Shown here one piece after another: positions 48,535 through 60,879 of a stretch of 64,000 nucleotides of DNA. Location: positions 620,001-684,000 of the forward strand of contig NC_043003.1 in assembly GCF_006345805.1 (NCBI RefSeq), given 5' to 3'. The position numbers were made by a program, and so were the translations under genes. The DNA comes from Octopus sinensis. Taxonomy: Eukaryota. Within the stretch, counting starts at the first letter, position 1, and every line of letters begins with the position of its first letter. Under the pieces are notes generated by a model. It saw nothing but the letters and a program-made list of their open reading frames with translations, was not told the origin of the DNA and did no database searches.

Positions 48535-49145
48535 TATCGTCATCATCATCGTCTGTTTTTCCCTGCTGGCATGGGTTGGATGATTTGACAGGGAACTGGC
48601 ATGGCTGGAAGGCTGCAACAGGCTCCAGTTGTCTGCCTTGGCATGGTTTCTGTGTTTGGATGCCCTTCCTAACATCAACCACTTTACAGCGTGGCACTGG
48701 GTGCTTTTTACGTGGTACCGGTACAGGAATTTCATGTGGTACTAACATGGGTGCTCTTACATGGAACCTATATGGTGCATCCATGTGGCACCAGCACATG
48801 TGCTTTTACATGGCAGCAGCATGGGTGCCTTCTACATGGCACAAGTGCCTTTATGTGCCACTAGCACAGAGGTTTCATATGTGACACTAACATGGGTGCT
48901 TTTAAATGGCACCTACATGGGTGCTTCTTATGTGGCACCAGCACAGGTATTTCATATGTGACACTAGCACGTGTGCTTTTATGTGGCACCTACATGGGTG
49001 CTTTTACATGGCATGAGCCCACAAGACAAGGACCTCTTGGCTGGAAGAGGGAGTGTGGGGGGGGGTCCATGGCCATAAAGGACAAACTGTAAGTATGGGT
49101 GGCCATGATTTTACTTAGCGCCATGCGTCTTCTCAAGCACAGCAA
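48535..49145 (-). mobile_element. RTE 3' end, subfamily with an expanded array of roughly 25-nt units
   Basis: Minus strand FAVLEKTHGAK* at about 49145-49110; repeats of GGTGCTTTTACATGGCACC at 48695-49015; (GAT)n tail at about 48540. Confidence 0.65.
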
Positions 49146-49699
49146 ACCATGTTTTGAATTAATCACGCATTATCTTTTAGCTTTGAGATTTTGATGATGT
49201 GACTGTTTATTTTTAGAATGACATTGTAGGGTAGGTGTGAGAAGCCTGATGAGGCCGGTTTGAACATAAAACAAGGAGAGGAAGAAGACAACAAAGAGGA
49301 GGTCATTGAAGAAGAAGAATACGAAGAAGGAGATAAGGAAGAAGATGAAGAAGATGGCGATGAAGACGATGAGGAAGAAGAAAAAGAAGAAAATGAAAAA
49401 GATGACAAAGAAAAAAGAGCAACAAAAAGAAAAGAAAGACATCTTTAATTCCAAGAAATTGAAGAAATGCGATCATTAACGAGAAGACATTCAAATGAAT
49501 TTTTTTGAAAAAGACAACAATATTCTGAGAAAAGACGGAATGGTCTTCAGAAGCAACCAATTTTCTGAAACAGGAAACAAACTGGAATCAGTTACCAAGA
49601 AAATAGGAGATGAGAAAATTTCAAGTAATTAAAAATCAAACTGGAAGGAAAAAGAAGGGTTTGCGTGAAACAGGAGCCAACAAAGGAATCCTATAGGGT

Positions 49700-50205
49700 C
49701 ATTTATCATCATCATCATCATCATCATCAAAATCAAAATCACTGACATGGCCGATGACAGTGCCGCCTGATTGGCACTCGTGCCAGTGGAACGTTGAAAG
49801 CACATCCGAGTGTGATTGTTGCCAGGGCCACGGATTGGTTCCCATTCCGGTGGCACGTAAAAAGCACCATTTCAGCATGATCATTGCCAGCGTCGCCTTA
49901 CCAGCACATGTGCCAGTGGCACGTGAAAAGCAAAATTTGAGTGTGGTCATTGCCAGTGCCACCGGAGTGGCTCATGTGCAGGTAGTACGTTAAAAACACC
50001 TTTTGAGTATGGTCGTTGCCAGAACCGCCTGAGTGGTCCTCGTGCCAGTGGCATGTAAAAGCACCCACTACACTTTTGGAGTGGTTGGCATTAGGAAGGG
50101 CATCCAGCTGTAGAAACTTTGGCAGATCAGATTGAGCTTGGTGCAGCCTCTGGCTCACCAGTCCTCAGTCAAACCGTCCAACCCAGCATGGAAAGCGGAC
50201 GACGA
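49700..50205 (+). mobile_element. RTE 3'UTR fragment with 5 tandem units of about 64 nt
   Basis: Units start near 49747, 49810, 49875, 49941 and 50007. Confidence 0.8.
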
Positions 50206-50259
50206 TGTCCCTTAATTTGTTAAAAATTGCAACCAAATCTCCCTCAAATCATATCCTAC

Positions 50260-50690
50260 TAGGTGCTGGCATGGCTGTGTGGTTAAGAAGCTCACTTTGA
50301 AGCCACATGGTTTCAAGTTCAGTCCTACTTTGCAGCACCTTGAGAAAGCATCTTCTTGTATAGCCCCAGGTTAATTAATGCCTTGTAAGTGAATTTAGTT
50401 GATGGAAACTATGTGGAAGCCCATTGTGTGTGTGTGTTTGTGTACACCTTTGTCTTGACTTAGCATGCGAGTCGTAAATGAGCATCACCACCATATGAGT
50501 GGTGTTGTTTGTACCCAGTCTTCTGTGGAAAACACATCTGGCCATGGCAGGGAAACATTACCTTGCTTGGAAACAGGGAAGGGTTGGTGACAGAAAGGGC
50601 ATCCAGCTGTAGAAAGGTCTGCCTCAACAAATTTCGTCTGACCCATGCAGACACAGAAAGGTGGATGTTAAATGATGATGATGATGATGA
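50260..50690 (+). mobile_element. SINE type C, full length: SINE-B-type tRNA head plus RTE-derived tail
   Basis: ATGGCTGTGTGG (A box), AAGTTCAGTCC (B box), 3' GGTTGGTGACAGAAAGGGCATCCAGCTGTAGAA...GTTAAATGATGATG. Confidence 0.8.
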
Positions 50691-51105
50691 AGGTGTTCGT
50701 TATGGTTAAATCACTCTTAACACCATTTCACTCACATCCTCACAAACTCTATCAACTCCTTCACAGCCTCAGCCTCTCAATTGGCTTTTTTTTCCTTCTT
50801 TTCTTTTTCTTTTCATCATTTGAAGACTTCCATGGATAAAGTTTGGCAAGTTTTCACCTTTCGTAATCAACACAAATTCCTAAACCTCTTTTTTTCTTCT
50901 TAAATGTACAATGGCTATCATTCTTATCTTCCCCTCCTAAATCTTCATTCCTCTTCCTCCTCCTCCTCCTCCTTAATCCTTAACATTGTTTTACTGTTTC
51001 TTTATTTTTTTTATTGTTTTTCTTTGACTTATTTTTTCCTTTTATCTTAGTTTCTTCCAGTTATTCTCTTTTTACCTTCTTTTCCTTCCTTTTCCTACGC
51101 CCCCC

Positions 51106-51136
<31 letters not shown>

Positions 51137-51351
51137 ACACCTTCTAGAATATAATTTAAAAAACACTTTATTGAATTCTTTTTCCTTCTTAAATTTATTT
51201 AAATTCTTTCCCCAGTGTTCTTCTTCCTCCCTTTTCTTTTTCTTTTTCTTTTTCTTTTTCCTTCCTTCTTTCCTTTACTCCTTCAAGAATACTTCAGCAG
51301 AGGTGAAATACCCAGGTGAATAAAACACTGACCTACCAACCCACAGTTGCA

Positions 51352-52140
51352 TCATCATCATTGTTCAACGTCCATTTTCCATGCTGGCATGGGTTGGACA
51401 GTTCGACCGGGGCCTGGGAAGCCAGGAGGCTGCACCAGGCTCCAATCTAATCTGGTAATGTTTCTACAGCTGGATGCCCTTCCTAACGCCAACCATTCCG
51501 AAAGTGTAGTGGGTGCTTTTTATGTGCCACCCGCACAGGGAGCCAGTCAGGCAGGCCTGGCAGCGATCACAACTATGATATTGGTTTTACTTGACTCAAC
51601 AGTCTTCTCATGCATATCATATCACCTGACACATCAGGAGTATTCTTAACTGGGCCAGACATATGTGGCTGTGATATCACTTCAGTTGCCGGATCTTCTC
51701 AATCACAGCATATCTCCAAAGGTCCCAGTCTCCTGTCATTGCTTCTGTGAGGCTCGACATTTGAAGGTCATACTTCACCACCTCATCCCATGTCTTCCAG
51801 GGTCTACCTCTTCCACAGGTTCCTTCTGCAGTTAGGGAGTGGCACTTCTTTACACAGCTGTCTTCATTCATAGGTAATACATGACCATACCAGCACAGTC
51901 GCCTCTCTTGCACTCCATATTTGATGCTTCTTATGCCCAACTTTTCTCTCAGGGAACTTACACTCTGCCATACGAGCTTCATTTCTTTCAAGCCTACGCA
52001 TGCCCTCAGCATTCATGGCCCATGTTTCATTGCTGTGTAGCATGGCAGTTGGCACACACAGGCATCATACAGTCTCCCTTTCACCCGGAGCAAGAGGCCC
52101 TTAGTTGCCAGCAAAGGTAGGGGCTCCTGGAATTTCCTTG
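51352..52140 (-). mobile_element. 5'-truncated RTE-clade LINE with degenerate ORF2 C-terminus
   Basis: MLH.NETW.M; LREKLGIRSI...RRLCWYGHVLPM...GRGRPWKTWDEVV...DLWRYAVIEK; 3'UTR and (GAT)n at 51352. Confidence 0.85.
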
Positions 52141-52188
52141 CAGGCATTTAACTAGGAACGGGACAAGACACAATGTCTATGTGGTTAA

Positions 52189-52847
52189 GGGCAGCAAGCT
52201 GGCAGAACTGTCAGCATTTCGGATGAAATGCTTTGTGGCATTTTGTCTGTCTTTACGTTCTGAGTTCAAATTCCACCGAGGTTGACTTTGCCTTTCATCC
52301 TTTCGGGGCTGATAAATTAAGTACCAGCTGTGTACTGGGGTCGATCTAATTGACTGGCCCCCTCCCCCAAAATTTCGGGCCTTGTGCCAAGAGTGGAAAA
52401 TAAAAGAACCGTTAGCACACTGGGCAAAATCCTTAGCAGCATTTTGTTGGTCTTTACATTCTGAGTTCAAATCCCACCTAGGCTGACCTTGCCTGTTGTA
52501 ATTTTGGGGTTGATAAAATAAGTACCAGCTGAATTCTGAGGTCAATGTAATCAACTTAACCATCTCCCATGAAATTGCTGGCCTTGTGCCAAAATTTAAA
52601 ACCTATATATAATATATATTTCTTTACTACCCACAAGGAGCTAAACATAGAGGGGACAAACAAGGACAGACAAAGGGATTAAGTCGATTACATCGACCCA
52701 GTGCGAAACTGATACTTTATTTATCTACCCCGAAAGGATGAAAGGCAAAGTCGACCTTGGTGGAATTTGAACTCAGAACGTAACGACAGACAAAATACCG
52801 CTAAGCATTTCGCCCGGCGCACTAACGTTTCTGCCAGCTCACCGCCT
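52189..52847. mobile_element. Three SINE type A copies (+, +, -)
   Basis: Heads at 52189 (+), about 52400 (+) and 52847 (-). Confidence 0.8.
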
Positions 52848-54294
52848 AAACCTATATATAATATAGGAGAAGTCATGTGGTTTAAGAAGTTTGCTTCCAA
52901 ATTATGTGGTTTCAGGTTCCATCCCTCATTGCTGCAGCTCGGATAAGTGTTTTCCACTTGGTCCCAAGATGATCAAAGTCTTGTGAGGGGATTTCGTAGA
53001 TGGAAACTGGAAGAAGCCGGTAATGTACACATGACCTCCATGGGACAAATGTACATGGCAAATGAAACAGACTGTTATGTATGTAATCCATGTGAGTGTA
53101 TAAGGGTGTATATATACGAGGGTGTGTATAAGTATTTGATGTGTGGTGATTGCCTGAAGTGACATGCCGTGACACGTCAACATGATGGAGACCACTACCA
53201 AATGCAGCGTGCAAATGTAACGCTTGAAGCCACATCGTATATGTATATATCAGGGGCATGCACTCTCAGGTATGCAAGGTATGCGTTGCATGCCCTGTGA
53301 TTTTTTTATCCATATGATCGGAAAATTAGATAAAATAGTTACTTTGTTTCAAAGAAAATCCGTCCAGTTGTATTTTTCTCCCCTTCTCTCTCAGTGACTC
53401 TACTTCTGCTTTTAGAAGTCATGCATTGACAAGACCAGCATGTCAGACATTCCCTCTCTGTCTCAGTTTGTCCTTCCTTCCTCTCTCACTCTTAGCGACT
53501 TGTTTAAAAGACATGCTAAGGGGATAGGGCTTTTGAAATATTTTTACCCCCTTCCTCTTTCTCTTAGTGGCTATGCTGTGGTAAGACCCGCATGACCTCC
53601 CTCTCTGTCTCTTAGTTTGTCCCTCCTTCCTCTCTCTCTCTTAGTGAATTGATAAAACAGATGCTAGGAGGAAAGGTCGTTCATAATATTTTGTACCCTC
53701 TTCCTCTCTCTCTCGGTGGCATGTCATGCTATGAGCTGACCGCATGATACCCACTTTCTGTATCTTTCTGTTTTGTTGAAATTGACATACAATTTATGCC
53801 TGCACTTCCACGTGTGTTCGTATATAAGAACAGCCTTTTACGAAATGAGTGAAATGTGTGTTATAAACGATATTTTGAGAAATAGTTTTTCGAAAGGAGA
53901 ATTCGATGGAAAATAATTAATTATATCGGTGGGAGACCAACACCGAAAAGAGCTTATGCATTAGATAACATTGTTAAAAAAAAGATTTCCGAAGGCAACA
54001 GCCTCACGGCTTATTATTACCACAGAGGAAAATTATCATTTCATAATCAGCCTTTTTGAGCACATCATTGAAAATCCTGAAGCATGGGATGATACCACCA
54101 TAAATTCAGCAATTGGATTGTTACAAACTTTAAAAGCTCCTGATTTCTTATTTTTGTTAGAAGTATTCAGTGAGATTTTTTCTTTTTTCATATTTAACAT
54201 CCTCCAGAGTAAAAGTCATGACAGAGTAAAAGTATTGTAAAGATCAAATAGATAAAACTAGAACTGTACTCGAAAACAAACTTGATAATTTTTC

Positions 54295-54620
54295 AATCTC
54301 TTTTACTTGTTTCAGTCATTTGACTGCGGCCATGCTCGAGCACCGCCTTTAATCGAGCAACTCGACCCCGGGACTTATTCTATCGGTCTATTTTGCCGAA
54401 CCTCTAAGTAACGGGGACATAAACACACCAGCATCGGTTGCCAAGCAATGCTAGGGGGACAAACACAGACGCACAAACACACACACACATATATATACAT
54501 ATATACCACGGGCTTCTTTCAATTTCCGTCTACCAAATCCACTCACAAGGCTTTGGTCGGCCCGAGACTATAGTAGAATACCCTTGCCCAAGGTGCCACG
54601 CAGTGGGACTGAACCCGGGG
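54295..54620 (-). mobile_element. SINE type B nested in the hAT element
   Basis: Near-consensus reverse complement of 19848-20230. Confidence 0.85.
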
Positions 54621-54836
54621 GGAAAAATTTGGAGTCGATGCAGGAATCGGAATTCAGAGATCCAAGAATATATCTATTGAGCCCCAACGACATTATAAAA
54701 TGCTTTATAACAAAATTATCAGTACAATAGTTGACCAAATAAAAGCACGATTTTCATCTTTAGAAGAGTTTAAATTCATGGAACTTTCGAATTTCAACAA
54801 ATTTGATGAGTATTGCAAACAATTTAAAAATCATGG

Positions 54837-55086
54837 GTACTATTTAAGAAGAGTGGTCCCGGTGCGCGCACCCGAGCATCCACGCCAGCTAGTCGTGACT
54901 AGTCGATCCTTACTTTGTGTTTTATTTACTTTGTTTAAAACATTATTTACTTTGTGTTTTTGTGTTTTATATATTTTGTTTAAAAAATTTATTTAGTTTG
55001 CTAGATAGTCGTAGGATCGACTAGTCACGACTAGCCAGCACGGATGCGCGAGCGCGCGCAACGGGACCACTCTTCTTAAATAGTAC
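54837..55086. mobile_element. GC/CpG-rich MITE with inverted arms of about 75 bp, nested in the hAT element
   Basis: GTACTATTTAAGAAGAGTGGTCCC...CTAGTCGTGACTAGTCGATCC and its reverse complement. Confidence 0.85.
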
Positions 55087-55263
55087 GTTTTTTTTTTATT
55101 CTCGGTCATACGGGGTTGATTGCATATTCAGAATCTCCCATATGTAAATCGTAGGAATTCCAAAATTTTTTTTACTGAAAAATTGCCGGGGGGGGGGGGG
55201 GGCAAAGAAATTCATTGCATGCCCAGCCCCGGAAGTCACCGCACGCCACTGGTATATATGTGT

Positions 55264-55298
<35 letters not shown>

Positions 55299-55526
55299 AA
55301 TATATGTGTGTGTGTGTGTGTGTGTTTATATATCATCATCATCATCATCATCGTTTAAATATATGTGTGTGTATATATATATATAATGTATATATGTATA
55401 TATATATGTGTGTGTGTGTGTATATATATATATGTGTATATGTATATATATGTGTGTGTGTGTATATATATATATATAAATAAAAACTTACTTGGAGAAG
55501 AAGAAAACAACGCGTGGCATTCAATC

Positions 55527-55950
55527 ATATAATAACAATTTAATGAATAAAACATATGCATACACACATATATATACATGCATATAAGAGTACAGGACAC
55601 CACAAATAAACGTAGAACACAACGAGAAACGAAAACATAAAAACAAACAAGGAAACGGACTTTTTTTAACAACGAAAAAACAGAGTACAAGACAAACAAT
55701 ACAAGGAATATTCCCCTTCATCAGCTGCCCCTGGAAGGTCTGCTTCAGCCGGATCGTGTTCTGCCCTTACCTTCGAAACACGTATTGAGTCGAACCAGGG
55801 ACAGCTGATGAAGGGGAATATTCCTTGTATTGTTTGTCTTGTACTCTGTTTTTTCGTTGTTAAAAAAAGTCCGTTTCCTTGTTTGATTTTATGTTTTCGT
55901 TTCTCGTGTTCTACGTTTAATCTGTGGCATCCTGTACTCATATATATATA

Positions 55951-56005
<55 letters not shown>

Positions 56006-56112
56006 GATGTAGGTATGTACATATATGTATGTATGTATACATATAGATGTAGGTACGTACATATATGTATGTTTGTATGCATATATTTTATTTATTAAAT
56101 TGTTATTATATA
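55527..56112. mobile_element. Foldback element (Penelope-like pseudo-LTR type?) with arms of about 200 bp
   Basis: 55527-55727 is the reverse complement of 55802-56112 apart from microsatellite length; both arms carry CAGCTGATGAAGGGG. Confidence 0.8.
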
Positions 56113-58357
56113 TATATATATATATATAAGCATGCTTCTGTATGTGAATGCATGTTTTAGATACTTTTCTTCTTTCCTTTAATTTTTTTTTCTAACTAAT
56201 TTATTTTCTCACTGGAAATGATTTAACATTTCAAACGCATGTGGGTGTAAGTTTCAGCTTTGATGATGATGATGGTGATGGTGATGTTGTATTCCCATGC
56301 AGTCGTATTTTGTAGGAGGAAGTGAAGGCTTCTCGTTTTACTATCAATCTATCAACAACCCATAAATCTCTGTGCAAAATCTCTTGGTATGTCTCCATTC
56401 AACAGCAACCGGGGCCACATGTTTTCTACTAATTAATGTCAACACATCGCATTTACATCGTTCTTATCAGTCATATACAATGTAATCATTATAATCAGCG
56501 TGGGATCAACATCCACTTTTCCATGCTGGCATGGCATGGATGGATTTCACTGAGGCAGGTTTTCTACTGCTGGATACTCTTCCTGTCACCAACCCTCGTA
56601 ATGCTTCCACATGGCCAGACATGTCTTTCTTTCATAGAAGACAGAAAATTAACAGCACCACTTGTATGACGGTGATGCTCATTTACAATCGTCATGTGAT
56701 ATCAAGACAAAGACACACACACACAAATATAAATACATACACATACACCCAAATATACATACCTAGACACACATTCACACAAATACACACACACACACAC
56801 CACACACACACACACACACCCCAGGCTGGACAATGTGGTGGGGATCAGTATTTGATTTCACAATATAAAGGACGAAATAAAATAACCACCAGGCACTCTG
56901 CCATGCTAACGATTCTGTCAGCTCATTATCTTCATCTATATTATATATCGGTCTCACATTGCGGCACACGGCCAGCAATTTTTAGGGGGAGTGGAGGGAC
57001 CCCAGTGTTCAACTGGTACTTATTCCAGTGACCCCAAATGGATGAAAGACAAAGTCGACCTTGGTAGAATTTGAACCTGGAATGTTAAGACAGATGAAAT
57101 GCCACAAAGCATCTCGTCTAGCTTGTTAACGATTTTGACAGCTCGCTGCCTTTCCTATATTATTTATTAACACTAATTAAACAAATTTATTTTAATTTTT
57201 CATTACTATATTACTTGATTTTATTTCTAATTATTCAAATCGCTAAGCAAATGATAGAGTCTCTACAGTGCCAGTTTCATTGCAAGAAATAGCAGTCAAA
57301 TCCTTCAGATCATACTGAGCCATTTGAATGAAGTACATTAAAATGTTCCTTCAAATTTTGACACAAAGCCAGCAATGCTAGGAGTAGAGAATTGATTGGT
57401 TAATTTCATCGACCCCATTGCACAACTGGTACTTATTGACCCAGAGAGGATGAAAGGCAAAAAATGACCTTGACAACATTTGAACTCCGTGGCACTTCGT
57501 CCAGCCGTGTAACACTTCTGCCCATTCACTGCCCTCGACCACATTAAAAAGCATTGTCCCAGATAGAAAGAGGTCTTCACAACTACAATGCTATTGATTA
57601 TAAGTTCAATTGAACAGGATTGATCAGATGTTAAAAATAGACAACTTAGATTTTATAGCCTTCTTTCATTATGATACAAATAACAATCGAATCTCCCTCA
57701 CATTGTACCATATTAAAAATAGAACACTGAATAGTGTAACCCTAGATACACTAAGGCTGGCAAAATAAAACATGGAATTGTCAAGACTGACCTGGTTGTG
57801 ACACAACAACAAGTTTCTTTGAAAATCTTTCCTCTTGTGTAGATGTTGAGATGAGATGGTTAAGAAGCTAAGCTACGACAAGGAAGATCTTGGAAGATGT
57901 GGGGTGAAGATGTGGGGTGAAGAGGTGGGGTGAAGGGGTGAAAAACGATGTCCAGATGTTCAGAGAGGAGATGACAAACGACTGAAGCAATTGGCAATTT
58001 GCTGTTTGAAAAGACTTGCACAACTGGGGGGCCATAAGGGGAAAGTCCCTTATGTCCAGGCCCTTGCAGGCAAACTGTCCTTCATGAACCTCCCCCTCCC
58101 CGACCTCTGCTCACCACTCACTGTATTCCCCCTCCCCTCTACCCCTTACTCTCCCTCGCAGACCTACCTGCACACAATATTCCCTGGTCAAATCTCTTCC
58201 CCACAAAATATCCTCCCAGCACCCTGCCATCCCTCTATCCATGCCCACCCACAATGTTTCCCACTCCCCTCCATCTCTCACTCTCCATCCTCAATCTCGT
58301 CAATTTGCCCACCCACCCACTCATCCAATCCAATTCCTCGTCCACTTCACTATATTT

Positions 58358-58651
58358 CAGAGCTGTGGAGTCAAAACAAAAAAATTTGACTCCAACTCTG
58401 ACTCCTCTACTGTTGGCACCTTCGATTCCTCTTTATGTAATTAAGTGGTTGTAGTCTACATATCTCACAAAGCGTATGCATACGCTTGTACTCTGAGTAG
58501 GCCTTGTATGTTATAACTGGTTTAGATTAAAGAGAATAAAGACATTGTGAGTCGGAGTCAGTGTAGTTTTACTGACTCCGACTCCAGCTACCCCTTAATT
58601 GTTTCCAACTCCTACTTTGACTCCATGACTGACTCCGACTCCACAGCCCTG
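58358..58651. mobile_element. hAT MITE
   Basis: TIR CAGAGCTGTGGAGTC / GACTCCACAGCCCTG; perfect 8-bp TSD CTATATTT; subterminal GACTCC repeats. Confidence 0.9.
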
Positions 58652-60229
58652 CTATATTTCCCTGTACCTTGGGTGTACACCCCATCATATCTCCACCATC
58701 TTCTTTCTCTCTCTCCCCTCCCTCTCCACTCCCTCCAACTGGGGAAGCCATGTGTCTCCTCCACTGCAAGACACCTCTTCCTCTCTCTCTATTCATACTC
58801 TAACCTCATCATCACACCTGGCACAAAGCCACCTCCCTCGATACCACTCCCCACCTCAGGTGAGGCGTCTGAACCTTACTTGATGACCCTGCTAGAGATG
58901 GTGCCACGTGAAAAGCACCCATTACACTCTGTGAAGTAAGATGGCATTAGGAAGGATCATCTGACCATAGAAACCATTCCACAGCAGACGGCAGAGCTCA
59001 ATGCAGTCTTCAGACTCGTCAACTCCTCTCAAACCTTCCAACCCATGCCAGCATGGAAAACGGGCATTAAACGATGGTGATGGTTACTATTCTTTTCTAC
59101 TCTAGGTCGACCTCAGTATGCAACTGGTACTTAATTTATCGACCCTGAAGGGATGAAAGGCAAAGTCAACCTTGGCAGAATTTGAACTCAGAATGTAAAG
59201 GTAGACGAAATACTGCTAAGCATTTCACCCGGCTGCCAGCTCGCCACCTTAATAACAATAGTAATAATAATAACAATAGTAATAATAATAATAATAGTAA
59301 TAATAATAATAATAGTAATAATGATGATGATGATGATGATCACTATTATTATCAGACATTCTTTTGTTCTTTTATTCTTTTACTTGTTTCAGTAATTTGA
59401 GTGTGGCCACTCTGGAGCATGGCCTTTAGTCAAACACATCTTCCTGAGGGCTTATTTTCTGTAAGCCTAATACTTATTCTATTGGTGTCTTTTTTGCTGA
59501 ACCACTAAGTTACCGGGACATAAACACATCAACATTGGTTGTCAAGTGATGGTGGGGAGACAAACACACACACAGTTTCCATCTACCAAATCCACTCACA
59601 AGGCTTTGTTCAGCCTGAGGCTACAGTAGAAGACACTTGCCCAAGGTGCCACAAAGTGGGACTGAACCTGGAACCATGTGGTTGAGAAGCAAGCTTCTTA
59701 CCACACAGCCACTCCTGTGCCTATATACATATATTTTCTTAATGGGTAGGAGATATCTGTCCCTTGTATTTAAAACATGGTTGTCTGGTCCCAAAGTTTG
59801 TTTTACCATTGCATCGTTTTACGTTAAGTCCCACTATGTGGCATTCAGGTAAATATTTTTTTTTATATACCTGTGCTAATTGAATCCTTGTGAATGAATT
59901 TTGCAAATGGAAACTGTGGGAAGCCAATCATATACAGAATAGTGTTGAGTGTCTCTGCACATGTGGGTATTATATATATATATATTTTACTAATAGGAGA
60001 ATAAGAACTACAGTAATAATAGATGAGATGGAAGAGGAAATACTGTCGTTATAACTAGTTAAATAGGAAAATATTTACCTGTAGATAAATGCTACAAAAC
60101 CTCGTGGTCCCTACATAAATGGCTTTGTCTTGGATGCAGGAGAGAATTTTTTTTGTTATCTTAGATATGTAAGTGGTACTTGAGTTTGTTCAGTGGCTTT
60201 TAGGTAAAGTAGGATAGGTTTTCATTTGC

Positions 60230-60535
60230 AAATTACTACTTGTAAATCTCACAAGAGATATTCAGCAACCGTACTTTGGAGTAAAGATTATTTACCAACA
60301 TAAAATGGCAGTCCTGGTTTAGGATGAATGTTGCTGGGGCTAAATTACATAGAGGTTCGAAAATATAAGGACACAGATCGTGTTGTATAGCCAGCTGGAG
60401 ACGATGTCTCCTGGGGCTAAATTACAGCAACATTCGTCCTAAACCAGGACTGCCATGTTATGTTGGCAAACAATCTTTACTCCGAAGTACTGCTGCTGAA
60501 TATCTCTCATTGTGAGATTTACAAATAGTAATTTT
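60230..60535. repeat. Foldback with arms of about 105 bp and a spacer holding a 16-bp direct repeat
   Basis: 60230-60336 versus 60425-60535; CTGGGGCTAAATTACA occurs twice. Confidence 0.8.
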
Positions 60536-60879
60536 CTAATTTATAGATCAGCGACTAGTTTCAGTCACTTATATGTCATAGAAACCCGGTTAAGCTCTGG
60601 CATTATGCATCCTGGGGCTCTTAGCAGACCCTAACCTAAACACATCAAATTAGAATTTCAATGGATAACAGTATTACAAGAGAGATTACTTAATCCCCAA
60701 ACTATCAGATTTAAAGCTTGGATTAGGTGCTGACCTATAAAGGAAATGGTTACATGTTATTGATATTAATAACTTTGCCTGTCATTCTTTTGGGGTCACT
60801 GAAATAAGGACCAATTGTGCTGTGGGGTCAATGTAAACAATTAGCACCCCCACCCCCCGCCCACCAAATTTCAGGCCTA

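Larger units (their letters stand above)
53251..55251 (+). mobile_element. Internally deleted hAT transposon with nested SINE-B and MITE
   Basis: TIR CAGGGGCATGC / GCACGCCACTG; perfect 8-bp TSD GTATATAT (53243-53250, 55252-55259); transposase remnants RFPKA..., WDDTTINSAIGLL...FLFLLEVFSEIF, IVDQIKARF. Confidence 0.88.

Noticed and set aside
49245-49266. CTGATGAGGCCGGTTTGAAC hammerhead-like start (similar partial hits at 4725 and 16449)
   Set aside because: No GAAA after a closable stem II.
50750-51300. Purine-rich K/E-like stretch on the minus strand as an exon
   Set aside because: Frequent stops in all frames; low-complexity sequence.
60548-60590. Minus-strand GAAAC-TA-GTC (palindromic stem III) next to the foldback
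   Set aside because: The upstream core reads CTATGA rather than CTGATGA, and stems I and II do not pair convincingly.
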